Positions 29,634 to 38,592 of a stretch of 64,000 bases of DNA are shown piece after piece. The notes beneath the pieces were generated by a model. It worked only from the letters and a program-made list of their open reading frames with translations, was not told where the DNA came from and made no database searches. Both the position numbers and the translations under genes were made by a program. The stretch covers positions 27,221 to 91,220 of the forward strand of contig JAQWRY010000088.1 in NCBI GenBank assembly GCA_029243485.1. The letters run 5' to 3'. The DNA is from Candidatus Binatia bacterium (GTDB lineage Bacteria > Desulfobacterota > Binatia > UBA12015). How positions within the stretch are numbered: position 1 is the first letter of the stretch; each line of letters begins with the position of its first letter.

Positions 29634-31883
29634 CTAGCTAGGCGCCGGGATCGCGCCAACTCTTGTCGGCTGGTCGACCCAGATAGGGGAGGACCAGGCT
29701 CGTTCTTCGATGTCGCTCAGGCAATCGTCCTCGTAGTCGGTTTTCGCGTCCTCGCCGTGGCACGGGTCGAGCGCGATGCAGTTGCCGTCGCCGTCGTAGC
29801 TACACCGCAGGTTCTTCCCGTTCACGGCGGGGCTCGGTTCCTGGATGGCCCGGACATAGTAAATCGTGTCGCGGCCGGTGGCGACGAACTCTTGGTCGTC
29901 GAACTCGGCGACGCAGCCCGCGGCGCCGCCGTCGCAGGGGAGCGTTTGCCAAGGGTCCTCGATGAGACCTCCCACCGGTTCGTCGTCGTGGAGTTGCGGT
30001 CGCATGCGCACGACTTCGATGCGCGTGATCCGCTTCCGCTCGTCGGCCGGGTGATAGCACTCGTTGCGGCAGAGGTCGTGGAGCCTCTCTTCACTGAGAG
30101 CGGCCGTTACAAACTCGGGGCAGCCGGGGTTCTGCTCCAGGGCACCTACGGCCCGAACCCGGAACCGAGGCGTCTCCGAGAGGGTGACTTCCGACCCCAT
30201 CGGCAGCGCGCCGCCTTGTGCGCTCAGCAGATCGAACCACAGGAGGATTCGGTCTCCGCTCGTCCCGTAGACCTCGCGCTGCTTCAGGCCTTGCCAGATG
30301 GCATCACGACCGCGACCGGCGGAGTGTACCGCGACCAGGCCTCCGGTCGTGAAGAACGAGGACATCCGCTCGACGTCGCGCGTGGCGAAGGGAACTTCGG
30401 GTTGCTCGTCGAGCGCGACCGAGTACGGGACCGGCGGGTTCTGGTTGTTCAGGAGGTCGGGGGCATCGGCGCGGGGCCCCTTGCCCTCGGTCATCTCGCT
30501 GCGATCGACTTCCTTGTAGCCGGTCCCCGGTCGCGCCGTGTGATTGTCGCTCGATGCGATGAAGCCCATCCGCGTAGCGACTGGGACTTCGCCCTCGAAG
30601 TTCTTTCGCACGAGCATGTATTGCGCCGACATGCGCGGCCGGTAGTCGAAGGCAGGGAGGAAGCAGTCGCGGCACTGGCCGGCATCGAGCCAGTCCTCGA
30701 CAGCCGTCCCTGGCACTGTGCGGAAGCCGGTCTTGCCCCCGGCAACGTGGTTCGCGCGAGCGAGCGCGGCGCGTGTCTGACACTCGTCCTCGCTCTCGCC
30801 CGCCGCGAGGCAGCGATCCCGGATGATCTCGCCGGCCCGCCTGCAGTTGGGCAGGTACCCCGACGGTCCCGGCAGAGTCGGGGGACAGATCTCGTTTCCG
30901 TTTGCGTCGAGCTCCACGTCGAGGAAGTCGCGGTACTCTTCGGAGTTGCCGTGGCCGGAGTAGATCTCCACGAGCGTCTGTCGCTTCGGGTCATCGTTCG
31001 CGGGGCCGATCTGGGAGTCCCAGGTGGATCCGGGCGGTGACGTGTTCCCCCACGTCGTCCCGTGCGGGATGACGATCGACTCGACGCCCCATTCGTCGAG
31101 CTTCGCGAACAGCTCCCCCGGAGTGCGGGCGCTCTCCTTGCAAGAGTCGGGGAGCTCGCGGACCGGGACACCCGTGGGGCACGGCGGGACGGTCGACGTC
31201 TCCTCGAGAAAGCGCGTGAAGTCGAGGGTCCGCCGGTCGTGGATCAGGAGAGCCAGGCCGGCGCGGGCTATCGGAGGCATCGCGACGATGTCGCCGCCAT
31301 CGGGGTAGATGGAAGCGATCGGCCGGGTCGGGACGCGCGCTTCGTCGAGATCCTTCAGCAAGATGTTCTTGTGCCCGAAGTGATTCTTCGCGGTCGCCCC
31401 GTCCTGCGTCCATTCCCAACCGAGAAAGGCGGTGACGTCGGGGTCTTCGGGTGTGGTGACGGCGTTGCATTGGCGGATGCTGTCGACGGTCTCCCGCCAA
31501 TGCTCGGGGGTGAGCGACTCGGCGTGATCGTTGATGGACCAGAAATCGAGTGCCGAGCAGAAACGTGCGAAGTCGCAGGCGTCGGCCGGAGGATGCGCCC
31601 CTTCGCCGGACACGAGAGGCAGGCTCATCACGAAGGCATCGGACGAGAAGGTGGTGTGCACGTGGAGGTCGCCGAAGAGGATCTGCTTCTCGGCCTGGCC
31701 GAGGGCGGCCGCGGCCGCCTCTCTTTCTGCCGCACGTTGCGCGAGGGCGCCCGGGGGGAGCGCGACGGCTGTCACCTCTCCCGCAGGCTCGTGATTGCCG
31801 AAGGCACCTCGGCCGAGTGCGTAGAACCCGCCGGCGGCGAGAACCACGAGGACGATCAGGGCATAGACAAGGCGTCGCAGCAC
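29634..31883 (-). CDS. DUF3604-family protein (PHP-like metal-dependent phosphoesterase N-terminus), membrane-anchored/secreted
   Basis: 749 aa. GTG start gives a signal anchor MLRRLVYALIVLVVLAAGG. GDLHVHTTFSSDAF and later HGTTWGN metal motifs. Many Cys in the C-terminal half. Confidence 0.7.
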   Translation of the reverse strand: MLRRLVYALIVLVVLAAGGFYALGRGAFGNHEPAGEVTAVALPPGALAQRAAEREAAAAALGQAEKQILFGDLHVHTTFSSDAFVMSLPLVSGEGAHPPADACDFARFCSALDFWSINDHAESLTPEHWRETVDSIRQCNAVTTPEDPDVTAFLGWEWTQDGATAKNHFGHKNILLKDLDEARVPTRPIASIYPDGGDIVAMPPIARAGLALLIHDRRTLDFTRFLEETSTVPPCPTGVPVRELPDSCKESARTPGELFAKLDEWGVESIVIPHGTTWGNTSPPGSTWDSQIGPANDDPKRQTLVEIYSGHGNSEEYRDFLDVELDANGNEICPPTLPGPSGYLPNCRRAGEIIRDRCLAAGESEDECQTRAALARANHVAGGKTGFRTVPGTAVEDWLDAGQCRDCFLPAFDYRPRMSAQYMLVRKNFEGEVPVATRMGFIASSDNHTARPGTGYKEVDRSEMTEGKGPRADAPDLLNNQNPPVPYSVALDEQPEVPFATRDVERMSSFFTTGGLVAVHSAGRGRDAIWQGLKQREVYGTSGDRILLWFDLLSAQGGALPMGSEVTLSETPRFRVRAVGALEQNPGCPEFVTAALSEERLHDLCRNECYHPADERKRITRIEVVRMRPQLHDDEPVGGLIEDPWQTLPCDGGAAGCVAEFDDQEFVATGRDTIYYVRAIQEPSPAVNGKNLRCSYDGDGNCIALDPCHGEDAKTDYEDDCLSDIEERAWSSPIWVDQPTRVGAIPAPS

Positions 31884-31968
31884 GGTCCACTGAAATAAGC
31901 CTCCGGGCGCTCGAGCGCCAGCGGCGCGGGACTCGCTGTCAGCGCGATCTTCGATTAACCATTACCCC

Positions 31969-33216
31969 ATGGCCGCGCACAACAATCCCGTTCTCGTTCC
32001 CTCATTCATCGGTACCGCCGCCCCCGGAGTTCACGTGTTGGGAGGGATGGGGAATGCCCTTTCGGTGGAGATGGCGGAAGGGGTCCTGCAACTCGACACC
32101 GGAAATGCACCGAAGAAAGCGAAGAAGGCGCTCGCACGGCTGCGGGAGCTGACGGACGCTCCGGTGTTCGCGATCCTCTATTCCCACGGCCATCTCGGGT
32201 ACAACGATGCGGTAGGCGTCTGGCTCGAGGACGCGGAAATGCGCGGTGATCCGCGACCTCGGATCATCGCCCACGAGAACCTGGTGACGCGGTGGACGCG
32301 CTACCGCGAGACCGAGGGCTTACAAAAGCACTTCGCCGAGCTGCAGCTCTGTCTCCCGATCGGCACCCTCGATGCTCATCGACTCCCCCTCGAGATGCCG
32401 AGCGAGACGTTCACGGACACGCTCGTCTTCGAAGACGGCGATCGGCGCGTCGAGGTCTTCTGGGCGCCCTCGGAGACAGACGACGCGGTTGCGCTGTGGC
32501 TGCCGAAGGAGAGGGTGCTCTACGGTGGCGCGGCCGTCACGCCGACCATCCCCAACATCGGCACGCCCCTGCGAACCCAACGGTATGCAATCCGTTGGGC
32601 AGAGACGCTGGAGCGCCTCGCCGCACTCGATCCGAAGTTGATGGTGATGGAGTTCGGCCCCTCCGTTGAAGGCGAGACGGACATCCAGAAGATGCTTCTC
32701 TCGATGGCCGAGGCCCTTCGGTGGATCCGCGGCCAGGTCGTCACGGGATTGAACGCGGGCAAAGGCGTCGAGCAGATCGTTGCGGAGATCGAGTATCCCG
32801 ACGAGCTCTTCTCGTTGCCGTGGATGTCGCCGACCTACGGTCATCCGGACTTCATCACGCGTGACATCTTCCGTTCCGAGAACGGTTGGTGGGACCGCAA
32901 CCCGACCCATCTGCACCCGGCGACACCCGAGGCCGCCGGTGCGGCCGTTCTCTCGGCGATCACGGATCGGGAAGCGGTGCTCACGAAGGCACGGGAGTTG
33001 TTCCGGACCGGCGACGGCGCGACCGCTCTGCACGTGGTTGACGTACTAGCGCTCGCGCCCGGCGACGACCCGGATGTCGTGCGAGCGCGCGCCCTGAAGG
33101 CCGAGATTTGCCGGTCCCTCGGTGAGAACGCGCCGAGTTTTGTCTCGCAGAGCCTCTACGGTTCGTGCGCCGACATCATCGAGCATGGGGCGAAGCGGCC
33201 TACCGGCGTGAGGTAG
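31969..33216 (+). CDS. MBL-fold protein related to alkyl/aryl-sulfatases (MBL plus dimerisation domain, no SCP2 tail)
   Basis: 415 aa. The metal motif is degenerate (YSHGHLGYND rather than the canonical HxHxDH). Confidence 0.5.
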   Translation: MAAHNNPVLVPSFIGTAAPGVHVLGGMGNALSVEMAEGVLQLDTGNAPKKAKKALARLRELTDAPVFAILYSHGHLGYNDAVGVWLEDAEMRGDPRPRIIAHENLVTRWTRYRETEGLQKHFAELQLCLPIGTLDAHRLPLEMPSETFTDTLVFEDGDRRVEVFWAPSETDDAVALWLPKERVLYGGAAVTPTIPNIGTPLRTQRYAIRWAETLERLAALDPKLMVMEFGPSVEGETDIQKMLLSMAEALRWIRGQVVTGLNAGKGVEQIVAEIEYPDELFSLPWMSPTYGHPDFITRDIFRSENGWWDRNPTHLHPATPEAAGAAVLSAITDREAVLTKARELFRTGDGATALHVVDVLALAPGDDPDVVRARALKAEICRSLGENAPSFVSQSLYGSCADIIEHGAKRPTGVR

Positions 33217-33220
33217 CCGC

Positions 33221-34291
33221 CTACGAGAGCTGGAGCCGCTGCAGGGCCTCGTCGGCCTCGCTCATGATTCGCGAGATGAGTTCGGCGCAGGTCGGCCGGT
33301 CGTCGATCACCCCGGCGACTGAACCGCTCGGCAGATAGCCGCCGACGGGGTCTCCGTCCTGCATGGCGCGTTTGGCGAGCATCGGGGCATTCGCGGCGAG
33401 GAGCATCTGAGATCGCGTGAGCTTTTCGTTCTGGCGCATGGCGAGTCCGGACTTGAGGAGATCGAAGAGCGAGGCGCCCGAGGTCTTTCGGAACTCGAGC
33501 GCGTTCCGCGCCGCGAATATCAATCGGCTCAAACCGCTCTTGGTCTCCAGTTCCCGGACGAGCTCGTTCACGATCACACGCTGGGGAAGGCCGTCGATCT
33601 CCGAGGTGACGATCACGTCGGTGAGGCTCGCGCCGATGTAGCGGTCCGTCGTGACTTCGGGGACGGGGCTCTCTGCGGTCATGAGGAAGCGCGTCCCCAT
33701 CGCGATGCCGGCGGCGCCCCGTGCGACGGCCGCGACGAGTCCACGACCATCCTTGAAGCCGCCTGCCGCGATGACCGGGATCTTCACGGCATCCGAGCAG
33801 GCGGAAACCTGAAGGGACGTCGCGATCACCCCGGTGTGCCCGCCGCCCTCACCGCCCTGAACGATCACGGCATCGGCGCCGAGCTTCTCAGCTTTCTGCA
33901 CGTGCCGGGGCGCACCGCATGTGGGGATGCATAGGACGCCTCCGTTCTTCAGCTTGTTGATTAGATCGGCACTGGGCGCGCGGTTGTATCCGGCGGCACG
34001 GACCCCGTGCGTGAGGATCATCTGCGCGATCTCCTCGGCGCCCGGAGCGTCCATGAGGAAGTTCACACCGAAGGGACGGTCGGTCAGTTCCTTCGTTCGG
34101 ACGATGGCTTTCTCGACCTCGGGCAGCGGGAGTGCCGCTGCGGCGAGGAACCCGAATGCACCGGCGTTGCAGGCACCAGCCACGAGCTCGGGCGTCGCGA
34201 CCCAGCCCATGCCGGTCTGGATGATGGGGGTCGGCATGCCGAGCAACTCGGTGAGGCGGGTCTTCAGCGGGTGTCCGTCCGGCAGGTTCAT
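33221..34291 (-). CDS. nitronate monooxygenase / 2-nitropropane dioxygenase family (FMN, FabK-like)
   Basis: …LLGMPTPIIQTGMGWVATPELVAGACNAGAFGFLAAA… and GGEGGGHTG. Start taken at MNLPDG (AAGGGG RBS); MSPHDD at 34333 is the alternative. Confidence 0.8.
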   Translation of the reverse strand: MNLPDGHPLKTRLTELLGMPTPIIQTGMGWVATPELVAGACNAGAFGFLAAAALPLPEVEKAIVRTKELTDRPFGVNFLMDAPGAEEIAQMILTHGVRAAGYNRAPSADLINKLKNGGVLCIPTCGAPRHVQKAEKLGADAVIVQGGEGGGHTGVIATSLQVSACSDAVKIPVIAAGGFKDGRGLVAAVARGAAGIAMGTRFLMTAESPVPEVTTDRYIGASLTDVIVTSEIDGLPQRVIVNELVRELETKSGLSRLIFAARNALEFRKTSGASLFDLLKSGLAMRQNEKLTRSQMLLAANAPMLAKRAMQDGDPVGGYLPSGSVAGVIDDRPTCAELISRIMSEADEALQRLQLS

Positions 34292-34397
34292 CCACCCCTT
34301 AGTAACAGCCAGAACGTCATCATGGGGTGACATTCCCCCGGTTCTGTCGCATTCTCCCGGTCGGATCCTGGACCCGTGAGGCCGGGCGGAGGCGCGC

Positions 34398-37388
34398 ATG
34401 AAGAATTCGCTCTGTAAATTGGGAGTTTTAGCGACGGTTCTGGCCCTGGCAGTGGGACTGCCCGCGCCGGGTGCGGCCGCGGACAAGAAATCGGCGAGTC
34501 CGACCGAGGCCGATGCGGGCACGGGGAGGCCTGGGTCGAGCAAGCGCGTGCGCACGCCGAAGCCCGCTGCGGTGAACGTCACCAAGAAGTCGTTCCAGAG
34601 CCTGGAGAAGGAAGGTCAACTCACGCTCTCGAGCCCGAAGCTCAGCGCCGAAGGCGCGCGCGAGAACCGGAGCCTCGACGAGGCCATGGGTGCGATTCTG
34701 GCCGAGCAGCTCGGGAAGACCAAGCTCGTAGATCGGTACACCGAGGTTCCGGCCGCAGACGGGAAGAGATTCGCGCGGACCGAGGCCGGCAACTACGTCA
34801 CGCGTCTCGGGACGCGCGACGGTCGCGTGGAGCAGGTCGTACTTCTGGGGCCGAGCTTTGCCACACGGGAGCTGTCGGAGACGCTCGCCGAGCTGGGGCG
34901 GCCGATGAACGCGGAGTCCAACTACGCCGCCCTCTACGAAGGCTTCCAGGGTGCGCTCGCGGCGGACCCGGCCGGACTCGGGGTCCTGCTGAAGGGAATG
35001 CCGGCTCCGGGAAAGCTCGGCAAGAAGGATCCGAAGAAGCTGCTGCGAGACCTCGCAAAACGTTGGACCAAGGCTCCCCCGACGAAGATCCCGCCGACCA
35101 AGGGCAAGCAGGACTGCGGGCTGAGCTGCGGGAAGCTCGCATCGCCGCGTACGCTCGTCGCCGGGAGTGACGGAGGTGCGTGTTACGAGAAGTCGAAGAC
35201 CGGCCTATGGGCAACCGCGGATTGGCAGATGAAGGGATCCTCGACCTGCGTGAAGGACCAAGGGGAGACGCGAGGCGCCAGCGTCGCGTTCGCGATCAAC
35301 GCAGCGGTGGAGACTTCCATCCGGCGGGAGCACGATCTTTGCGCGGATCTCTCGGAGCAGCATCTCCACTATCAGCAGAAGAACCATTGGTTCCCGATCC
35401 CGCCGAACTTCGGTGATGATCTGAATTCGCCGAGTTCCGTGTTCGGGATGATGGTGGGCGACTACGAGTTTCGCGGCGAGGCGCAGTGGAAATACAACCT
35501 CTCCCCGCAGCGAACCGAGGTTACGTCGAAGACCAAGGCCTTGGGCATTCTGCAGGGGTACCAGGGCTCTTGTGCGGGCTACGCCGACAAGCCGTGCTCC
35601 GACACGAATCACCAGGGCCAGTACGTCTGTGCGAAGGGAACTCGCTCTTGTGGCTATAGCGCGCAGATTCCGCCTGCGAAGGGCGAAATCAAGGTGCTCT
35701 CGTACAACACGTTCTTCGACGTAACGAACAGCAATCAGACCATCGATGTCGCACCGATGTTCCTTGGGATAGGCCTGCCGGTCGTCGCGTCATTCCAGGT
35801 CACGCAGAGCTTCCTCGACGCGGCGGACGACGGCTGGGTGAAGTCCGTGCCGAAGCCGAACAAGTCGAAGAAGGGAGCGCTCGATCCGCTTCGCGGGTGG
35901 CACGTCGCAATGATCGAGGGGTACGTGCGCAATCAGGACCTTGCCAAGAACACGCCGCCGGCGGCAGGTGGTGGTTACTTCATCGTTAAGAACTCCTGGG
36001 GCCCGTGCGTCGGGGACGGGGGCTACTGGTACGTCCCGAAGAGATGGATGGCGGACCACGCGCTCTCGATGACGGCGCTCACGGGGGTCCAGGCTTACGG
36101 GAAGAGCAGCGTGATCAGCGGTGCATTCAACTCCGCGCTGCAGCCGCCCGAGCCGCCCAGCCTGTTGGTTAGCCCGGCCTACATGCCGGTTTATCCGCGG
36201 TACTCGGCGCTTCGGTGGAGCGACACGAACCCGACTACGACCAGCTACAGCGTTTGTCTTCGTGAGGCCGTCGAATCGAGCCAGGGCAATGTAGACTGCA
36301 CGCTCTTTCCGGTACCGCCTGCAGTCGCCGCGCAGAAGAAGTTCATGATCGACTCCTTCGCGTACGAGGAGCCTTACCGCGGCGAGTCCTATTACTGGAC
36401 CGTTCTCGCCTGCAACGCGGCGGGCTGCCAGTACTCCGACATGAACCGAGTGATTCGGTTCACGCTCCCCAACCCGCGCCTGCAATCGCCTGTTCCTGGC
36501 TTCACCGCGACGACCCGAAGTCCGAACTTCCAGTGGTACCGCCTGACGAAGGGCTTCGACGGGCAGGGTAACCCGATCTACGACGAAGAAGTCGAGTCGT
36601 ACCGCATCACGGTGGGGCCGACGCCGCTTCCCGCGCCGGAACCGCCGTGGGAAGACGAGATGTTCAAGCACTACTCCTCGCCGGGCATTCCGGCAGGAAG
36701 CGCCGGAGGAGTGCAGACCCTGCGCTTCCCGGTGCCGGTAACCGATGAGATTCCAGCGAACCTCGGCAGTACCGTCCACTGGTACGTGGAGGCCTGCAAG
36801 ACCATTGACGGGACGCTAGAGTGTAGTCGGTTCCCGCACTTCCAGAACCGGCCGATGCAGCACGAAGGGGTGTTCTACTTCGGCACCCTGAATCTGCCGG
36901 GCGGCGAGGACCCGATGACGTTTGCCCAGGCCTGCGATGTCATCGGTGACGTGGTCGATTCGCCACGTTGTCGGAACTGCCACGCGTCCATCACCGAGGT
37001 CACGCGGTACGACACGATGCAGAACCACGGACTGTCGCCGGGTGAGACGTGTTCGAACTGTCACAACCCGAACGGAGGCAACACGCCGTGGCCCGGCCAG
37101 GGCGAGCCCGTATGGCACCAGCCCACCGACGCGGGCATGCAGTGGACGGGGCTCTCCACGGGCGAGGTCATCAGTCGAATGGCCGACGAGAACACGAATG
37201 GGGACCGCTCGCTGAACCAGATCGCGAGCCACGTCGTGATGGACCACCTGGTTCTGTGGGCCTTCGACCCCGCGGGCGGAAACGGGAACACGGGTGACCG
37301 CACCCCGGCTCCCTATGCGGACTCCTATTCCCAGGCGTTCCTCGTGTGGGCGGCGAACTGGGTCGCAAACGGCTCGAGCTGTGATTGA
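34398..37388 (+). CDS. large secreted papain-like (C1) peptidase-homologue with Ser at the nucleophile position and a C-terminal double-CxxCH region
   Basis: Signal peptide and GGAGG RBS. ADWQMKGSSTCVKDQGETRGASVAFAINAAVE aligns with VDWRxKG…QGxCGSCWAFS with Cys25 replaced by Ser. GWHVAMIEGY (His) and VKNSWG (Asn) are conserved. CRNCH at ~36968 and CSNCH at ~37049. Confidence 0.8.
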   Translation: MKNSLCKLGVLATVLALAVGLPAPGAAADKKSASPTEADAGTGRPGSSKRVRTPKPAAVNVTKKSFQSLEKEGQLTLSSPKLSAEGARENRSLDEAMGAILAEQLGKTKLVDRYTEVPAADGKRFARTEAGNYVTRLGTRDGRVEQVVLLGPSFATRELSETLAELGRPMNAESNYAALYEGFQGALAADPAGLGVLLKGMPAPGKLGKKDPKKLLRDLAKRWTKAPPTKIPPTKGKQDCGLSCGKLASPRTLVAGSDGGACYEKSKTGLWATADWQMKGSSTCVKDQGETRGASVAFAINAAVETSIRREHDLCADLSEQHLHYQQKNHWFPIPPNFGDDLNSPSSVFGMMVGDYEFRGEAQWKYNLSPQRTEVTSKTKALGILQGYQGSCAGYADKPCSDTNHQGQYVCAKGTRSCGYSAQIPPAKGEIKVLSYNTFFDVTNSNQTIDVAPMFLGIGLPVVASFQVTQSFLDAADDGWVKSVPKPNKSKKGALDPLRGWHVAMIEGYVRNQDLAKNTPPAAGGGYFIVKNSWGPCVGDGGYWYVPKRWMADHALSMTALTGVQAYGKSSVISGAFNSALQPPEPPSLLVSPAYMPVYPRYSALRWSDTNPTTTSYSVCLREAVESSQGNVDCTLFPVPPAVAAQKKFMIDSFAYEEPYRGESYYWTVLACNAAGCQYSDMNRVIRFTLPNPRLQSPVPGFTATTRSPNFQWYRLTKGFDGQGNPIYDEEVESYRITVGPTPLPAPEPPWEDEMFKHYSSPGIPAGSAGGVQTLRFPVPVTDEIPANLGSTVHWYVEACKTIDGTLECSRFPHFQNRPMQHEGVFYFGTLNLPGGEDPMTFAQACDVIGDVVDSPRCRNCHASITEVTRYDTMQNHGLSPGETCSNCHNPNGGNTPWPGQGEPVWHQPTDAGMQWTGLSTGEVISRMADENTNGDRSLNQIASHVVMDHLVLWAFDPAGGNGNTGDRTPAPYADSYSQAFLVWAANWVANGSSCD

Positions 37389-37605
37389 GGGGGGGGCTCT
37401 CCGCACTCCTGCAAGTCGCCGGTGGGCACGGGAGCCTTTCGTGATTTCGGCCGGGCGCGGGAGTCGCTGGCGGGTCGCCGAGGACCATGCGGAACCGGTA
37501 GTGGCTCCCGTGCCCAGGTCGTGCGCATCAGCCCGCGTCTCGGAGTCGGGCTGGCCGAGTTGGGGGGCGGTGGAGGGTCACCTCGTGATGGGATAGTGCG
37601 AACCC

Positions 37606-38394
37606 ATGGCGACATTTCAACAGGACCTCGTGAAGAACAGGGTGGCCCTCGTAACCGGCGGAGCGACGGGGATTGGCAAGGGCATCTCGATCTCGCTCGG
37701 AGAACACGGAGCGAAGGTGGTGATCGCAAGTCGCAAGCAGGAGAACCTGGATGCGGCGCGCGCGGAGTTCGAAGGTCGTCAGATCGATTGCCTCGCCATC
37801 GTTTGCGACATTCGCGAGCCCGAGCAGGTCGAGAGCTTGATGGCAGAGATCCTCGCCAAGTACGGGAGGCTCGACATCTTGGTGAACTGCGCGGCAGGAA
37901 ACTTTCCCGCGAAGATCGAAGGGCTGTCCTACAACGGGTTTCGCACGGTCGTCGCGATCGATCTTCTGGGGACCTACAACGTTTCGAAGGCGGCGTTCGA
38001 GGCGTACTTGAAGGACAATGGGGGCAGTGTCGTCAACATCACCGCGCCATTCGCGGGCATGGGTGTTCCGTTCCAGGCGCACGCGGCATCGGCGAAGGCC
38101 GGTGTCGACTCCCTCACGCGAACCTGCGCCGCCGAGTGGGGGCCACTCGGGATTCGGGTGAATGCGATCGCCCCCGGGGCGATCGACAACACAGAAGGGC
38201 TCGATCGGCTTTCCGACATCGGAGGCGGAGGCGGAGGCGGAGGGGACCCCGGTAGCGGCAACCCGCTGCGTCGGGTCGGAACGCGTGAGGACATCGCGAA
38301 CGCGATCCTCTTTCTGGTGAGCGACGCCTCGTCGTACGTCACCGGTCAAATTCTGAACGTCGATGGCGGCGGCTCGATGGCGATGTCGTCTTGA
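37606..38394 (+). CDS. SDR oxidoreductase, peroxisomal 2,4-dienoyl-CoA reductase-like
   Basis: TGGATGIGKG and NCAAGNFPAKIEGLSYNGFRTVVAIDLLGTYN. Contains a Gly8 run encoded by a (GGAGGC)n repeat. Confidence 0.8.
   Translation: MATFQQDLVKNRVALVTGGATGIGKGISISLGEHGAKVVIASRKQENLDAARAEFEGRQIDCLAIVCDIREPEQVESLMAEILAKYGRLDILVNCAAGNFPAKIEGLSYNGFRTVVAIDLLGTYNVSKAAFEAYLKDNGGSVVNITAPFAGMGVPFQAHAASAKAGVDSLTRTCAAEWGPLGIRVNAIAPGAIDNTEGLDRLSDIGGGGGGGGDPGSGNPLRRVGTREDIANAILFLVSDASSYVTGQILNVDGGGSMAMSS
38218..38244 (+). repeat. hexanucleotide microsatellite (GGAGGC)x4 and a variant inside the SDR coding sequence
   Basis: ggaggcggaggcggaggcggaggg encodes GGGGGGGG in a loop where DECR homologues have no poly-Gly. 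Confidence 0.6.
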
Positions 38395-38592
38395 GATCTA
38401 CTCGGCGCGGTCCGTGTCCGTCAGCACTCCGGTCACATAGTCGACGGCTGATACTTCGGAGAGGACGTCGTCGTGGCCCATCGCGAAGCCGCGTTCCCCG
38501 GTTGCTTCCATCTGTGCTCGTGCCCCGAACTTCCGCGCGCCAGGATCGCGTCGCGCGATCCTCAGGTCATCGCGCGCGGGATTGAACATACG

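Noticed and set aside
37389-37397. G9 homopolymer right after the stop of the papain-like gene, considered as a phase-variation tract.
   Set aside because: It lies outside the coding sequence and downstream of the stop. No effect on the ORF is apparent. It could be a sequencing-error hotspot.
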